A stretch of 64,000 bases of DNA, taken from the NCBI GenBank assembly GCA_964016885.1, contig OZ024748.1, positions 7,254,001-7,318,000 of the forward strand. Direction: 5' to 3'. Shown here in pieces: positions 43,511-59,339 of the stretch. The stretch is from Eledone cirrhosa. Its lineage: Eukaryota. Position 1 is the first letter of the stretch, and every line of letters starts with the position of its first letter. The notes under the pieces are model-generated. The model did no database searches, was not told where the DNA came from, and worked only from the letters and a program-made list of their open reading frames with translations. The translations under genes and the position numbers were made by a program.

Positions 43511-44270
43511 AGGGTTAAATAATAATAGATGATAATGATGATGATGATGATCATGGTGATGATGATTATGATGATGACGATGACGATGTTGATGACGACA
43601 ACGACAATGGTGATGATGATGACGATCATGATGATGATGATGATGATGATGATGATATATTTAGTGGATACGAAATGAAATAAAGGAGAGAAATTTATAT
43701 GTTGTTGTCAGAAAATAAGCGGGACATTTGTGTATACTGCCTGACTGACTTCACCTTCACACAACAACAGCAACAACAACAACGACAACAACAACAACAA
43801 CAACAACAACAACAGCAGCAGCAGCAGCAGCAACAACAGCAATTTACAATAATAACAATAATAACAACAACGAAAACAACAACAATAGCAGCAATAACAA
43901 TGAGAATAACAGCAACAATAATAATAAAAACAACAACCATAACAACAACAACAGCAGCAACAACGACAGCAACAACGACAACGATAACAATTAAAAAAAA
44001 AAAACAGAAGCAACAACGACAACGACAATAACAACAACAACAACAACAACAGTGATTATCAACTAAAAAAACATGAAAACAAAGACCAAGTGTCCGCCAT
44101 TAATTATGTCATACATAACCCGGGGTGAGGGGTAGGGGTGCAGCAGGAGGGGAGTGGGTAAAAAAAGGGATCAGAAAAGAGGACAGAGAGAGAGGGGGGA
44201 GAAGACAGAGGTGTGAGAGGGAGAGAGAGAGATAGAGAGAAGATAGGAGGGAGAGGGTGAGAGAGAGAGT

Positions 44271-44332
<62 letters not shown>

Positions 44333-44539
44333 TGAGTAGGTGAGGGAAGAGGGATGGAGAAAGATGGGAGTGGGAGACTTTATTTATTATTTTTTGGTTT
44401 TTTTCTCTCCATTTTCTCTTTTGCGAAGTCAACCAATGATGATAATTCGAGGAATTTTAAAAGTGGGCAGAGACCCTCAAATGGGAGCAAAACAGTAAAT
44501 AAACATGAATTACGTACTAAATAGTCAAATAACGAGATA

Positions 44540-44580
<41 letters not shown>

Positions 44581-44713
44581 TTTCTTTATTGGCCACAAGG
44601 GCTGACATCAAGAAAAACATTAGAGACGGCACAGGACGGTACAGGACGGTACAGGACGGTACGATGTGGGTTTTGTGCGTGTAAATATTTTTATTATTTA
44701 TATAAGAAAGAAA

Positions 44714-45237
44714 TAATTGTTTCTACTTTAGGCACAAGGCCAGCAATTACCCAGTGCATTACTGGTACTTTATTTTATCGACCCCGTAAGGATGAAAGGC
44801 AAAGTCAACCTCGGCGGGATTTCAACTCAGATCGTAAAGGGACGTAACTATGCTGGAAAGCATGGCGTCCGACCCTCCACCGATACTGCCAATCCACCAC
44901 CCTTTATAAGAAAAGAAATAATAATAATAATTACTGGTACTTTATTTTATCGACCCCGTAAGGATGAAAGGCAAAGTCAACCTCGGCGGGATTTCAACTC
45001 AGATCGTAAAGGGACGTAACTATGCTGGAAAGCATGGCGTCCGACCCTCCACCGATACTGCCAATCCACCACCCTTTATAAGAAAAGAAATAATAATAAT
45101 AATTACTGGTACTTTATTTTATCGACCCCGTAAGGATTAAAGGCAAAGTTAACCTCGGCGGGATTTGAACTCAGAATGGCAAAGACCGTAACTCTATGCG
45201 TCAAAGCATGGCGCTCGACCCTCTATCGACACTGCTT
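44714..45237 (-). mobile_element. Three head-to-tail SINE copies, including a 172-bp tandem duplication
   Basis: Units start at 44758, 44930 and 45102; the first two are identical by eye. Confidence 0.9.
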
Positions 45238-45419
45238 CATGTATTAGCCACAAGGGTCGACATGTAGGGGACAATACAAAGACAGGGACAGTATAATAAT
45301 AATAAAGATACCAAATATGAAAATATAATAATATCAATTATATAACGTAAAAATATATAATAAAATAATCTAGAGAGATACATAAAAATATTGAATACAT
45401 ATGTATGAGTAAAAGTACA

Positions 45420-45459
<40 letters not shown>

Positions 45460-45564
45460 ATATAATATAACATAATATATAATATATAATATATAATATA
45501 ACATAATATATAATATATAATATAAATTACATACATATGGAATACATATTTATATCTGTATATG

Positions 45565-45600
<36 letters not shown>

Positions 45601-45654
45601 GTGTATGTGTGAGTCAGTGAGTCAGTGTGTGTGTAAATATACATTCATGCCATT

Positions 45655-45744
45655 ATACATACATACATACATACATACATACATACATACATACATACAT
45701 ACATACATACATACATACATACATACATACATACATACATACAT
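45655..45744. repeat. (CATA)n microsatellite
   Basis: Direct. Confidence 0.98.
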
Positions 45745-46435
45745 TATTCTCCCTGCGAAGAAATCTTACAAGGAACAGTAGACCAGATAATAACAGGAAA
45801 TAAGTCCAAAAATCTTAAAGAAAGACATTAGAACAACAACAACAACAAAAACAACAACAATAACAACAACATGAATAAAAAAAAACAAATAAATAACAAA
45901 GCAACATAAACAATAATAACAGAAAAAAAAACATAAACAACAACAGTAAAAACAACATTAACAATAATAGCAACAATAATAACAAGAATAACAACAGCAA
46001 CAACAAGAGAGGAAAAAAAAAAACATCAACAACAACAACAACAATAACGGCAAGAGAAAAACAACAGCAATAACAACAATAAGAAAAGAAAATACAACAG
46101 CAATAACAACAAAAATAACAACAATAGCAACAACAACAACAGCAACAATAACAACAACAACAACAGCAACAACAACAACTACAGCAACAACAATAGCAAC
46201 AACAACAACAGCAACAATAACAATAAAATAACTACAGCAACAACAATAGCAACAACATCAAAATAACGAGAAGTATGATTATATAAAAATAAACAGTCAA
46301 ATATATAAAATAATGACAATTGCTTAGTTTTTATTATTTTGTTTTTACGTTGTTTGGTAATATTTTTTATTGTTTGTGTGATTAACAGACGACAGGGTAA
46401 GACGTAAACAGATCGTTTGTATTTTCTTCAGATGC

Positions 46436-46484
<49 letters not shown>

Positions 46485-46679
46485 ATATATATATATGTGT
46501 GTGTGTATATATATATATATGTGTGTGTATATATTTGTGTGTATATATATATATGCGTATATATATGTGTGTGTATATATATGTGTGTGTATATATTTGT
46601 GTGTATATATATATATGCGTATATATATATGTGTATATAAATGTGTGTGTATATATTTGTGTGTATATATATATATGTG

Positions 46680-46732
<53 letters not shown>

Positions 46733-46794
46733 ATACATTTATTTATACATACATACATATATATATATATATCTATATATATATATACACACAC

Positions 46795-46862
<68 letters not shown>

Positions 46863-46989
46863 GTACATATATTTGTATGTATGCATATAAAATCTGAGGA
46901 TCATTGATTCGTTACTTTGGGTTTCGCGTAGCCGGTTAGACAAAATTACACACACACACATATAGATATATATAGATATATATATATAA

Positions 46990-47063
<74 letters not shown>

Positions 47064-47429
47064 TTATTTATAATGTAGAGAGAATTAGATGGGATTTGAA
47101 GCTCTTATCAAGTAGATCAGCGGAAACTTTGGCTAAATGGAAATATGTCCAATTGGCAATTTATGTTAATACTGTTTTAGCATATCAATGTGATATCCTT
47201 GCATGACTCCCTGCCCTCACAACTATTCCACAGAAACGTGTGTAGAATGAAGCACGGACGGGGACCCAAACACCAAACTTACGATCCAATCCTTACAAAT
47301 TGGATCAGCTCCCGATGACATATGTGAACGAAATGCGAAATCTTTTAATGGAGAATAAAACATATATATATATATATATATATACAAATGTATGTATATA
47401 TATATGTGTGCATATATACATACACACAT

Positions 47430-47479
<50 letters not shown>

Positions 47480-47506
47480 AATATATATATATGCGCATAT
47501 ATACAT

Positions 47507-47578
<72 letters not shown>

Positions 47579-47588
47579 ATATATACAT

Positions 47589-47664
<76 letters not shown>

Positions 47665-47740
47665 TTATATATATATACATAAACATACAGATGCATGTAT
47701 ATATATATATATATATATATGAATATAAATATATATATAT

Positions 47741-47894
47741 ATTAAAATAACATTAAAGTTTAAGCAAAGAATCGCTGCTTTCACTCTTAACGGGATCTTA
47801 ATAAATATGTGGTCTATGGTTTTATATATTTTTATATATATATATTATCCTTGTCGAGCCTTTTTCGGATTTTGGTCTTCACATTTATAATTAT

Positions 47895-47897
<3 letters not shown>
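47741..47897 (+). mobile_element. Family D element with inverted hammerhead piece
   Basis: Minus-strand AAGA-TCCC-gttaa-GAGT-GAAAGCA..TGCTT; the inversion junction at about 47799 falls inside the CTGAAGA box. Confidence 0.75.
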
Positions 47898-47991
<94 letters not shown>

Positions 47992-48222
47992 CAATTTATA
48001 TATAATTAATTGTTATATGGTTCTTCCCAACGGCTAAATACATCAAAATTAAACTGCCGAAAATCTACCAACACATCAATACACTAGATATAACATCTCT
48101 CCTGGACACAATAATATTTTTTTATTATTTCTATATTGAAAATAAACATGTATATTTACTTTTATATATACTTTCTTTTGTAACATATTTTCTGCATCCA
48201 GTACTCAATGTATATATAGAAA

Positions 48223-48254
<32 letters not shown>

Positions 48255-48333
48255 GAAAATCTACATTAGGAGTGTGTATAATGACTGAGTAAGTGTATTT
48301 ATAAACTAAAAAATAAAATCACTGCAGTGTCTA

Positions 48334-48372
<39 letters not shown>

Positions 48373-48376
<4 letters not shown>

Positions 48377-48703
48377 ATATTAATAAATGGAAACTATATT
48401 TATAAAACTATAATTATTTTATTATATATATTTCAAAGGCAACCAAGACAGTCTTGGTGCGCTTTCATCAGATAAAATACAAAATTAATTTTATAAATAT
48501 TGACATAACTGGAAAACAACCTTGGCGTTTGAAAGTTCGCTGTTTCCCTTTAAATATATGTAATAAAATAATTATGGTTTTATAAATATAGTTTCCATTT
48601 ATCAATATATTGAATATTTACTCCAGTAATCTGTCGCGTGCTTTATATCAGTTATAAACTTTTAAGTTTGTTGGAATCCCAACAAATTAAATATAACTTC
48701 TGC
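48373..48703 (+). mobile_element. Family C fold-back element
   Basis: About 60-bp inverted arms 48373-48433 / 48552-48612; (TA)n on both sides. Confidence 0.85.
48415..48479 (-). ncRNA. Type-I hammerhead ribozyme motif
   Basis: UAUUUUAU-CUGAUGA-AAGCGC-ACCAAGAC-u-GUCUUGGU-UGCCUUU-GAA-AUAUAUAU-A|AUAAAAUA. Confidence 0.85.
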
Positions 48704-48908
48704 ATATATATATATATATATATATAATATATATAATATATATAATATATATATATTATATAATATATAATATATATAATATATATATATTATATAATAT
48801 ATAATATATATAATATATATATAATATATAATATATAATATATATAATATATATATAATATATAATATATAATATATATAATATATATAATATATATATA
48901 TATATATA

Positions 48909-49006
48909 TAGGATGTCCCAAAACATGTATACACAAAGGCTGTGCATTCTATTAAATATTGCCTGTACAGGTAAGGAAAGTGTGTATACATTTTTGGGAC
49001 ACTCTG
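48909..49006. mobile_element. Tc1/mariner-type MITE, same family as 34421-34498
   Basis: TIRs taggatgtcccaaaacatgtatacac / gtgtatacatttttgggacactctg; TA flanks. Confidence 0.8.
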
Positions 49007-49169
49007 TATGTCATATGTATAAGTATATACATACATATACACTACATAATATACGTATATAAATATATATCTGTATGTGACTTTTGTGTGTGTGGTATAT
49101 ATATCTTCGTGTCCGTGTATACATATGTATCCGTTTATAAGTAGTTAGCTACCTAGATAGACAGACACG

Positions 49170-49276
<107 letters not shown>

Positions 49277-49719
49277 GCTTCTCATATGTTGTGATATTTA
49301 TTTCATTAGAAACAATGACACAAACGAATCCTTGGCCGGCAGACCACGTACATCCCGCTGGGATCCGACTAGAGATGTGAGATATGTATGTGAAACACAT
49401 AGATATCGAACCACAACATTTAAATCATCCTGATATATCTTTACTTTAGTACTCTTTCGGCTATCTCCGTTTTTTTCCGCTTGTCTCCGCTTTTCTCCGC
49501 TATCTGCTATTCCAAGCATAATCCTCTTTACTAATAACTAGCTTCCATATTGTTTAGAGCTTAATTCTAATGAGCGTGGCGCTAACTAGATCAGAGATAA
49601 ATATTTATCTTGGATATTACTTCCCTCTGTCCAAGGCAAACGTATCTCCCATTCTCTCACCATATATATATATACATACACACACATACATACATATATA
49701 TATATACATACACACACAC

Positions 49720-49768
<49 letters not shown>

Positions 49769-49773
49769 CATAT

Positions 49774-49822
<49 letters not shown>

Positions 49823-50129
49823 TATATGTATGTGTATATATATATATATATATGTATGTATGCATATATATATATATATGTATGTATGCATATATATATA
49901 TATATATATGTATGTATGCATGTATGTATGTATGAATGTATATATCACCCAACGTTTTGCTGGATTTCCTTATCTTCCACATATGGATAAACTGAGTCAC
50001 ACATAGGATGTGGTATCTGTTCCTCAGTGGAGACAATGGAACGCCTGAATGTCTCTAAACCAATGGTAGTCTATCAACCTTCAACTATCAACCAACATGG
50101 ACGCCTCTGATTTATCGCTCGACCCGTCC

Positions 50130-50550
50130 TCGTGTTAGAAATTCAGCTATAAAATGAGACACGATGTGGTTGCTTGACTAGATAAATAAAGCACCTAAAT
50201 CTCCTACAAATCGTACCTCGCTGTTTTGAATACAACAATAAATGGTACATTAGCTAATACTGATATATGTGTCTTTACATTGACGAGATGGTCATGGCTG
50301 GAATATCTTAGATTAATCTCTGTTGGCTCGAGGATGACCGAGGTATAAACAAGAACAATTTGGTAGAAATGTTAGATAAAGCTCTCTCTAAACTACAGCT
50401 TTACCTCATAGGAAATAACACATTGAATAATGTTGTCCGAGATAAATGTTTATCCTTAAAAATAAGATATGATTGTCGCGGTGAGAATGCCTTTGATTAT
50501 AGCTCTGCTTGTCCACCCGAGACCTGAGGTTAATGTACATTGACAACTTG
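50130..50550 (+). mobile_element. Two old tandem copies of a degraded interspersed repeat; related pieces at about 10560-10760 and 19720-19860 (minus strand)
   Basis: Recurrent ggtcatggctggaat / gaatgcctttgat...gacctgagg-like segment. Confidence 0.4.
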
Positions 50551-50741
50551 CTCAGTCCCATGTAAACCTAGATGGAACAAAACTTTACTTAGATATATTC
50601 CATTTCGAAGGAGGCCGCTACATCTTCTAACCCTGCCGATTACATATCTACATCACTCTTCCTAACAACTTCCATTTACCAAATTCCACTCTCAAAACAT
50701 CTGTAATTGATTAAATTGTTCCCATTAATTAACACAGTGAG

Positions 50742-50960
50742 GGCAGTGGATTGGCAGTATAGGTATAGCGTCGGACAATATGATTTGTGGCATTGTGTTA
50801 CGTTCCTTTATGTGGTGAGTTCAAATCCCACCAAGGTCAACTTTGCCTTTCATCCTTACAGGGTCGATAAAATAAAGCACTAGTAATGTACTGGGGTCGA
50901 TTTAATTGACTTTCCCCTCCCATTCAAATTGCTGGCCTTGTGCCTTAAGGAAAAACAATT
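50742..50960 (+). mobile_element. Full-length tRNA-derived SINE with about 15-bp target-site duplication
   Basis: attaattaacacagt (50724-50738) / attaattaatacagt (50958-50972); A and B boxes present. Confidence 0.9.
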
Positions 50961-51040
50961 AATTAATACAGTATTTTATTTAATGACACCAAAGGGATGA
51001 AAGATAAAGTTGAATATGGCGAGATATGTGTTTTTTTATG

Positions 51041-51214
51041 CAGTGGTTCTTAAAGTTCCGCGGAACCAAAACGTTCCGTAAACGAGTGTCTAGGGTTCCG
51101 TGAAGAAAGGCATTTTAATATTACTACCATATAGCAGTATTAGATTTTGGGGTTCTCCCAAAAAGTTTCTGAACCAAAAATGGTTCCACGTATGAAAAAG
51201 TTTGGCAAACCCTG
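51041..51214. mobile_element. hAT (Charlie-like) MITE
   Basis: Termini CAGTGGTTCTTAAA / TTTGGCAAACCCTG; repeated ggttcc subterminal motifs; 8-bp flanks tttttatg / tcttaatg. Confidence 0.7.
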
Positions 51215-52968
51215 TCTTAATGTAATACCCTCTCCAAGGATGTTTCCTCTATTTTTTGTGCTTCTCTTCCAGGAAGGACAACAGCCCAAAACGTTGAACA
51301 TCTAAAACTAAAAACTACATACTATGAAATACAATTTTGCATCTTTTATAAATCTTTTTTTCAGAGTTATGTTAAACTCTCATCTGTTTCAACAATATGT
51401 TAATTAAAGGTCGTTGTTCCGTGTTTATATCGCCTACCTGCACCTGCTGAGCAATCGCAGTTTAACGGTCATCTTTTACGTTTGACACTAGATAAAGAAT
51501 ATTATATATTTTGTTGATATATTTTCTCTCTCACGACTAAAAGAAAGGACAGAAGATATAATATATATGTAAAACATTAGTAAAATATTTTGTTTTTTTC
51601 TGCTAGATATGTTTGGCTTGGTTTTCTAAGGTGTGAACAGCTGATTGTAATAGCTTTCAGTTAGATGTTGGATACATAGATTAGAGTTTTGGCAGTAAAT
51701 AACGGTTTCTTTGAGGTGTTGATTAGATTTTGGTTGAGAGGAACCCTGAACTCTCATAACCAATGTTAACAGCAATGGAATCATCTCTATTTCATGTCAT
51801 AATTCTTCTCCTTTGTCATTGACCTCAGCAACTTAGCTAAGTTTACCGTGATCGTCCCTAATAATGAATTTATAACCTCGCTTATTATAACAAACACTAC
51901 CTCCACACCAACAAACACACTGCTCCCCCCCCTCCTCTCTCTGTCGTCATTGCTTTCTTCCTACATCTCTCTCTCTCTGTCGTCATCGCTTTCTTCCCAC
52001 ATCCCCTCTCTCTCACTCTCTCTCTCTCTCTCTGTTGTCATTGCTTTCTTCCCACATCTCTCTACCCCTCCTCTCTCTCTCTCTCTCACTCTCCCTCTTT
52101 CTACCCAGTCACCCCATTCATGTCAGGAAGGCGGTAGAGGTCAAGAGTTAAGCTAATTATGTAGCAGCGTATTTGTTGTTGTTGTTATTGTTGTGGTTGT
52201 GGTGGTGGTAGTGTTGCTGGTGGTTTTGGTAGTGGTGTTGGTGTTGTTGTTGTCGGTGTTGTTGGTGGCTGTGGTGGCTATCTTGTTTGTGGTGGTGGTG
52301 GTGGTGGCATCGGTAGTGGTAGTGGTAGTGGTGGTGGTGGTGGTGGTGTCAATGTCGGTGTTACTATCGGTGTGGTCAGTGAAAATGTTTTATGTCCTTC
52401 TTCCAATAGAGAGAAGCGACAACAACGACAACACCACAACTACCACCACCACCACCATGACCACCACCAATATTACCACTGCCAACAACAACAACAACCA
52501 CCACCACCACCACCACCACCACCACAACCACCACCACAAACCTCACCCCACAACCACCACCACCACCCCACCAACCTCACCCCGCCACCACCACCACCCC
52601 ACCCCACCCCACACAGACACAAGCTAATATTTCTGATCCTTTTCCTCCACACCAGTGATGTAGTGATGTAATGTGTTATAATTCATAAGCAGACGACATT
52701 GTCTTTCTAACACTTCACTACTAATGTCCCACTGTAATATCATTCCAGGTTTTCCCCCTCGAGTGCTCTACTGCCTCTCCTGGTCACCAAGATGTACACG
52801 AATAAATTCGACCAATGGTGACATTAAATCAGTCGAGAAAGTGTTAAACTCTCTCATGTGACAACAGACCCACTGCAAACTATAGTAGATTAGCTGCAGC
52901 CTGCCTCACACGATGGACAGCGTGTGTATGTGTGTATATATGTATATGTATATATGTATATATATATA

Positions 52969-53004
<36 letters not shown>

Positions 53005-53190
53005 CATACATATATATATATATGTATGTATATATGTATGTATGTATATATGTATGTATATATGTATGTATATATGTATGTATAACGGTAAATAAATATA
53101 TATGCGTATATGTATGTATAACAGTAAATAAATATATATGCGTATATGTATATCTGTATATACATATGTCTGTAAATGTAAGTGGATGTA

Positions 53191-53225
<35 letters not shown>

Positions 53226-53562
53226 CTATATACCTACGCAAATATACATCTATATATATGTATATGTGTTTGTACATATGTGTATATATATATGTATGTG
53301 TTTGTGTGTGTGTAAGCATTTGTTTCGCAAGATTCTTGACGTGAAATCGTGTGTTAAAACATGTATTGATATATTTAGGTATAGTCATGTTGCTAATATT
53401 ACCAATAAAAACACACGCACTAATTGTTTTCACTTTATCTTTTGATGATGATGACGAAGTTATTATGCTGAGACTTCTGTTAAATCTCAAAGAATTATTT
53501 GGTGTATAACGATAAACTACGAGTCTGAGTTAGCACAACACCTGGATCTTCAATATTGGTGT

Positions 53563-53652
<90 letters not shown>

Positions 53653-53681
53653 CATACATGTGTGTGTGTGTGTGAATGCAT

Positions 53682-53793
<112 letters not shown>

Positions 53794-53840
53794 GCGTGCG
53801 TGCGTGTGCGTGTGCGTGTACTTCACATATGCATGTATAG

Positions 53841-53983
53841 GAGTCTGGAACTAGCTGTTGAAACGCCAAGATCTCAGCCGTCGGGGTCCCGACTCTTTAT
53901 AATATAACTCTACTCTGCTACCCCAAGTATTGAGTACTCTGCTGAGTAATGGTTTAACTAGTTTCAAACTGATTCCATCCTGA
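53841..53983 (+). mobile_element. Divergent family A-related element
   Basis: gagtctggaactagctgttgaaacgcc-aagatctca-gccgtcggggtc...tactctgctaccccaagtattgagtac; different 3' tail. Confidence 0.7.
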
Positions 53984-53990
53984 TATATAT

Positions 53991-54036
53991 ATGTACTGGG
54001 TAATTGATGGCCTTGTGCCAAAAGTAGAAACAATTA
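53991..54036 (+). mobile_element. SINE 3' fragment
   Basis: gtactgggtaattg..ggccttgtgccaaaagtagaaacaatt. Confidence 0.8.
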
Positions 54037-55028
54037 TATGAATGGATAAAAGATTAGAAATAGAAATATGAACCTGCTCTCATGTCTTATTTCATTGTGC
54101 ATGTTGTGGGGGTGTTGTATTGTGTGGTTTAGTGTAAGGTGTGGTGTAGTGTACAATGAGGTGTACTGTGTGGTGCGGTGTACTGTGTGGCCTGGTGAGT
54201 TGTAATGTAAGGTGTGGTGTGGTGTGGTGTTCGGTGTGGTGTACGGTAAAGTGTTGTGAAGAGTTGTGCTGCATTTTACTGCACTTTACTGTGCTATACT
54301 ATATTGTAGTACAGTACATAGTACATAGGTTGGGACTTAAGCAATCAGGACAGGGAACTGAAGCTGACACGGTACAGCAAAACTACAGAGGACCGAGGAG
54401 AGAGGAGAGGTGAAAGTAAGAGCTTGTATCATGGTAGTGGCGGTGTATGCCGAGATTCAATGCAGGCACACAGATAGACAAGTTTGACTGGAAGGAAGGC
54501 GAATAGAGGGAGAGTGAAACCATTTAGTAGGAATCGGAGACGGGTGGCTATAATGGATACACAAGCAGACATACAGACATGACAGAGAAACTAAAGGGTT
54601 CGCAAGACGAAGATATGGGATAAGTTGGTTATAAATGGAAACATGGCTGGATCTTTGTTGGGTCGACTGGATTACTGGCTAGAAGACTGCCTGACTGATG
54701 GATGGATAGAGAGAGACGGCGACCAACATAAGAGTCGACAGAGGGGTGAGAGCAAGGATAGAAGACAGAAGGGGGAGGGGTTGTGACTGGGATGTGGGAC
54801 TGGAGTGATAGAGTGAGGGGTGGGGCTTAAAGTAAGGAGAGAGGAAGACATATAATGAGAAGGACCGCAGACTACACATATGGTACAAGGGAAAACTGAT
54901 GTGGGGTGGGGATAATGGTTTCCCTGGCAGGAAGCGACGGGATAAATGGACACACACACACACACACATATATATACATATATATATATACATATATACA
55001 TATACATATACATATACATACATATATA

Positions 55029-55092
<64 letters not shown>

Positions 55093-55129
55093 CATATATA
55101 TATATACATATATATATACATATATATAC

Positions 55130-55246
<117 letters not shown>

Positions 55247-55371
55247 CATATATATACATATATATATATACATATACATATATATATACATATATATATA
55301 CATATATATATACATATATATATACATATACATACATATACATATACATACATACATACATATATATATAC

Positions 55372-55432
<61 letters not shown>

Positions 55433-56086
55433 CATACATACATATATATATATACATATATATATATATGTGTATATGTATATATATATATGTATATATA
55501 TATATGTATATATATATATGTATATATATATGTATATATATATATGTGTATGTATATATATAAATGTATATATATGTATATATATGTATATATATATGTA
55601 TATATATATGTATATATATATGTATATATATACATATATATACATATATATATCTATATATATATATACATAATATATATATATATTTGGTGCGTGATGT
55701 ATATATATATACATATATATACATATATATATAATATATATATATATATATACACACACACATATGTAGAGGGTGTGTGAAATCCCTTATATTACAGGGT
55801 TTTCATATTTATTTGTTTCTTGTCTCTACAACGACGTGTCAAGGGTTAATTCTCCTCACTTCTCCATTAAAACATGATAAACGTTTGCGGCCTTTGCTGT
55901 GTGTCGTTGTGTGTGCGTGTGGGTGGGGGGGGCTGTGTGTGGCTGTGTGTGTGCGCGACGACGATGGAGGTAGCACTAAATATCATCATCATCATCATCG
56001 ATTCACCTAAACTTCACCACGACATCAACATATCCTTTCCAACTTCACAATTACACACACACACACAAATATAATATATATATATA

Positions 56087-56353
<267 letters not shown>

Positions 56354-56451
56354 TGTGTGTGTGTGTCTGTGTGTGTCTGTGTGTGTCTGTGTGTGTCTGT
56401 GTGTGTCTGTGTGTGTCTGTGTGTGTCTGTGTGTGTCTGTGTGTGTGTGTG

Positions 56452-56518
56452 TAAAATGTAAACAGAAATAGCAATGAAAACGACACAGTACAATGAAGAA
56501 ATATATTAGTTTAACGCT

Positions 56519-56521
<3 letters not shown>
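56452..56521 (-). mobile_element. Family F 3' fragment
   Basis: Homologous to 38865-38947. Confidence 0.6.
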
Positions 56522-56556
<35 letters not shown>

Positions 56557-56968
56557 TATTATTAGAAAGAAAAAAAAAAGGCTATTAAAAGATCAGCGAT
56601 TTGACAGAAGTCCTTTAAGCCCGGCAAACTCCTACATGTATTTTGGCAGACTTTATAAACAAGTCTGTATGTGCATATATATACATCAGCATATATCCAT
56701 GTGCATATATATACATCAGCATACAGAAGTGTATTCTCATATATATATATATGTTAATAACAAATTTTAGAACGAATTTTGTAATAGTTAAGCCTTTAAA
56801 ATTATTAATTTGTGACGCTTGGAAAACGACAATATTATGGGAGGACAATGAGAAAATTGAAAGCTTGGGTAAACTAACTCTAAAGCATTGATACGTTTGA
56901 ACAATTTGTACAATAAATGAAAGCTCAGATGATCTCTAAAGCTTCTATATATTTCTATAACAATAGTA

Positions 56969-57124
56969 GGCGGTGAGTTGGCAGAGTGGTTTTAACGTCA
57001 GATAGAATGTTTTACCGTATTCGTTTCAGCTGTCTGCTCTCTGAGTTCAAATCCCGTCGAGGTTAACTTTGCCTTTCATCCATTCCAGGTCGGTAAAAAA
57101 AGTACCAGTTTAGTACTAGGGTCA
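56969..57124 (+). mobile_element. tRNA-derived SINE
   Basis: ggcggtgagttggcagagtgg (A box)...gagttcaaatccc (B box)...aagtaccagt. Confidence 0.9.
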
Positions 57125-57338
57125 ATTCTTCCTATATATCTTTTTCTCACATCTATTACCTCCTCCTTCTATCTTTCTCTGGAAGAAATCTACCCTATTC
57201 AGACTTAGAAAGGATCAGGCTTCGCCAGGTTTTAAAATAACCAAGAAACGCCGCATGACATTACGCTACTCCAAAGACACCCCCAGGGGTTAGGGGGCAA
57301 TGCATAACATTATTGATTCGTAATCAATTAAAATATCA

Positions 57339-57554
57339 GATGGTGGATTTGCAGGATTATTAGATCGACGAACAAAATATTTACGATCGGTTCCGGCTCT
57401 TTACATTCTGAGTTCAAATATCGCCGAGATAAACTTTACTCTTCATCTTTACGGGGTCGATAAAATAAAGTACAGGTTAATTCCTGAGGTCAGAACAGTC
57501 GACTTACCCCTTTGCCCCATGCTGGTGGAACTGTGCCTCAATTAGAAATTAATT
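57339..57554 (+). mobile_element. Older tRNA-derived SINE
   Basis: ctgagttcaaat...cggggtcgataaaataaagtac. Confidence 0.8.
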
Positions 57555-58237
57555 ATAAGATCAAACGGCTGTAGCAATCAATAGATTTATTGATATATTA
57601 ATAGTTGGCTTATCGACAAGATAGTCTATCATTGTCTTAAAATGATGTAAAAGGCTTGTAATTAGTACATGTCATTTGAGTTATCGTCCTTGCTTCAGTT
57701 TCTTGAATCAAAGATCGACATACAATAATTGATTATAATTATCAGCTAAATATATTTTATTGTTAATTTTTTTTAAAATCGTAAACAAATCTATTTCAAA
57801 TACCAACAATACTACAGATATTTAAAAACGGAAAATGAAAGAAAGGGCGGGGCCCAAGGGTCACTGAAGAATGGGAGGAGAAAGAACGAGGGTGATGGAC
57901 TCTAGGCCTAGGGCGCGGAGGTGTTTCGGCTGCGTGAAGGGTGAAAACAAGGAAGGTGGGGGATCTAGTGTTTAATCAGTTCATTGTTTTAGAATGGTTT
58001 CAAAAAGTTGAATGAAGTAAGATAATATCAATATATTAATTAATCGATGGCAGTTATGAAACTCCATATTATCAAGCATGATACAATGAATCGATCGCCG
58101 AGTCGAGAATTGTCGAGAATGGTGAGATATCCAACTATGCCCGTTCTGTGGGTTAATGCGCCCCGTTATTATTGCACTTTATATTAAAAATATTTATCCA
58201 CATCATTATGAAAAAGCAGTAAATATATATATACGTA

Positions 58238-58270
<33 letters not shown>

Positions 58271-58322
58271 GGATTTCACTTCAAGCATAGCTTTATACAG
58301 ATATGTATAGAAATTTCGTATA

Positions 58323-58360
<38 letters not shown>

Positions 58361-58690
58361 CTCACATATATACATATATATATGTATTTATACATAGATA
58401 CATGAGTATATACAGAAATATATACATACATGCATACATACATACATGTATATACGTGTATATATACATACATACAGACAGACGTGTGCAAAGGTTAATT
58501 ATAAACAAGGAATTTTATGAAGGTAATAGGATGGTCCAAAGTCTCGCAGTGACCAGAGGTTTCATCAAAGTAGGGAATTTCCTGATTGATCAGATCAAAT
58601 ATTGCCTATTGGGAAGAAATCACAGAGTCGATATATAGCATTGAACTGTCCAGTCAGCTCAGCAATACATGTGAGAGAGTGTTTGTGTAT

Positions 58691-58808
<118 letters not shown>

Positions 58809-58911
58809 ATACATACGTATATGTGTGTGTATGTGTCGTGCATGTATATATTCAAATAAATATATATATGTATATATAAATATATATATATATATTTATA
58901 TATATATATAA

Positions 58912-58987
<76 letters not shown>

Positions 58988-59046
58988 AGGTGGAGAGAGT
59001 GTAGAAGAGAGGGACGGAGATAGGGATGGACGGAGGGAGAGAGGGG

Positions 59047-59180
<134 letters not shown>

Positions 59181-59249
59181 AGTGGTTCGGAGAGGTGGGG
59201 ATTATATAAATTATTATATGAAAATATATTCATATGTAATAAATAGATA

Positions 59250-59339
59250 TAACTGTTTCTACTTTAGGCACAAGGCCAGCAATAACCCAGTACATTACTG
59301 GTACTTTATTTTATCGACCCCGTAAGGAGGAAAGGCAAA
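59250..59339 (-). mobile_element. SINE 3' half
   Basis: Homologous to 44714-44803. Confidence 0.85.

Noticed and set aside
43699-44031. Poly-Q ORF
   Set aside because: (CAA/CAG)n microsatellite with no flanking coding signal
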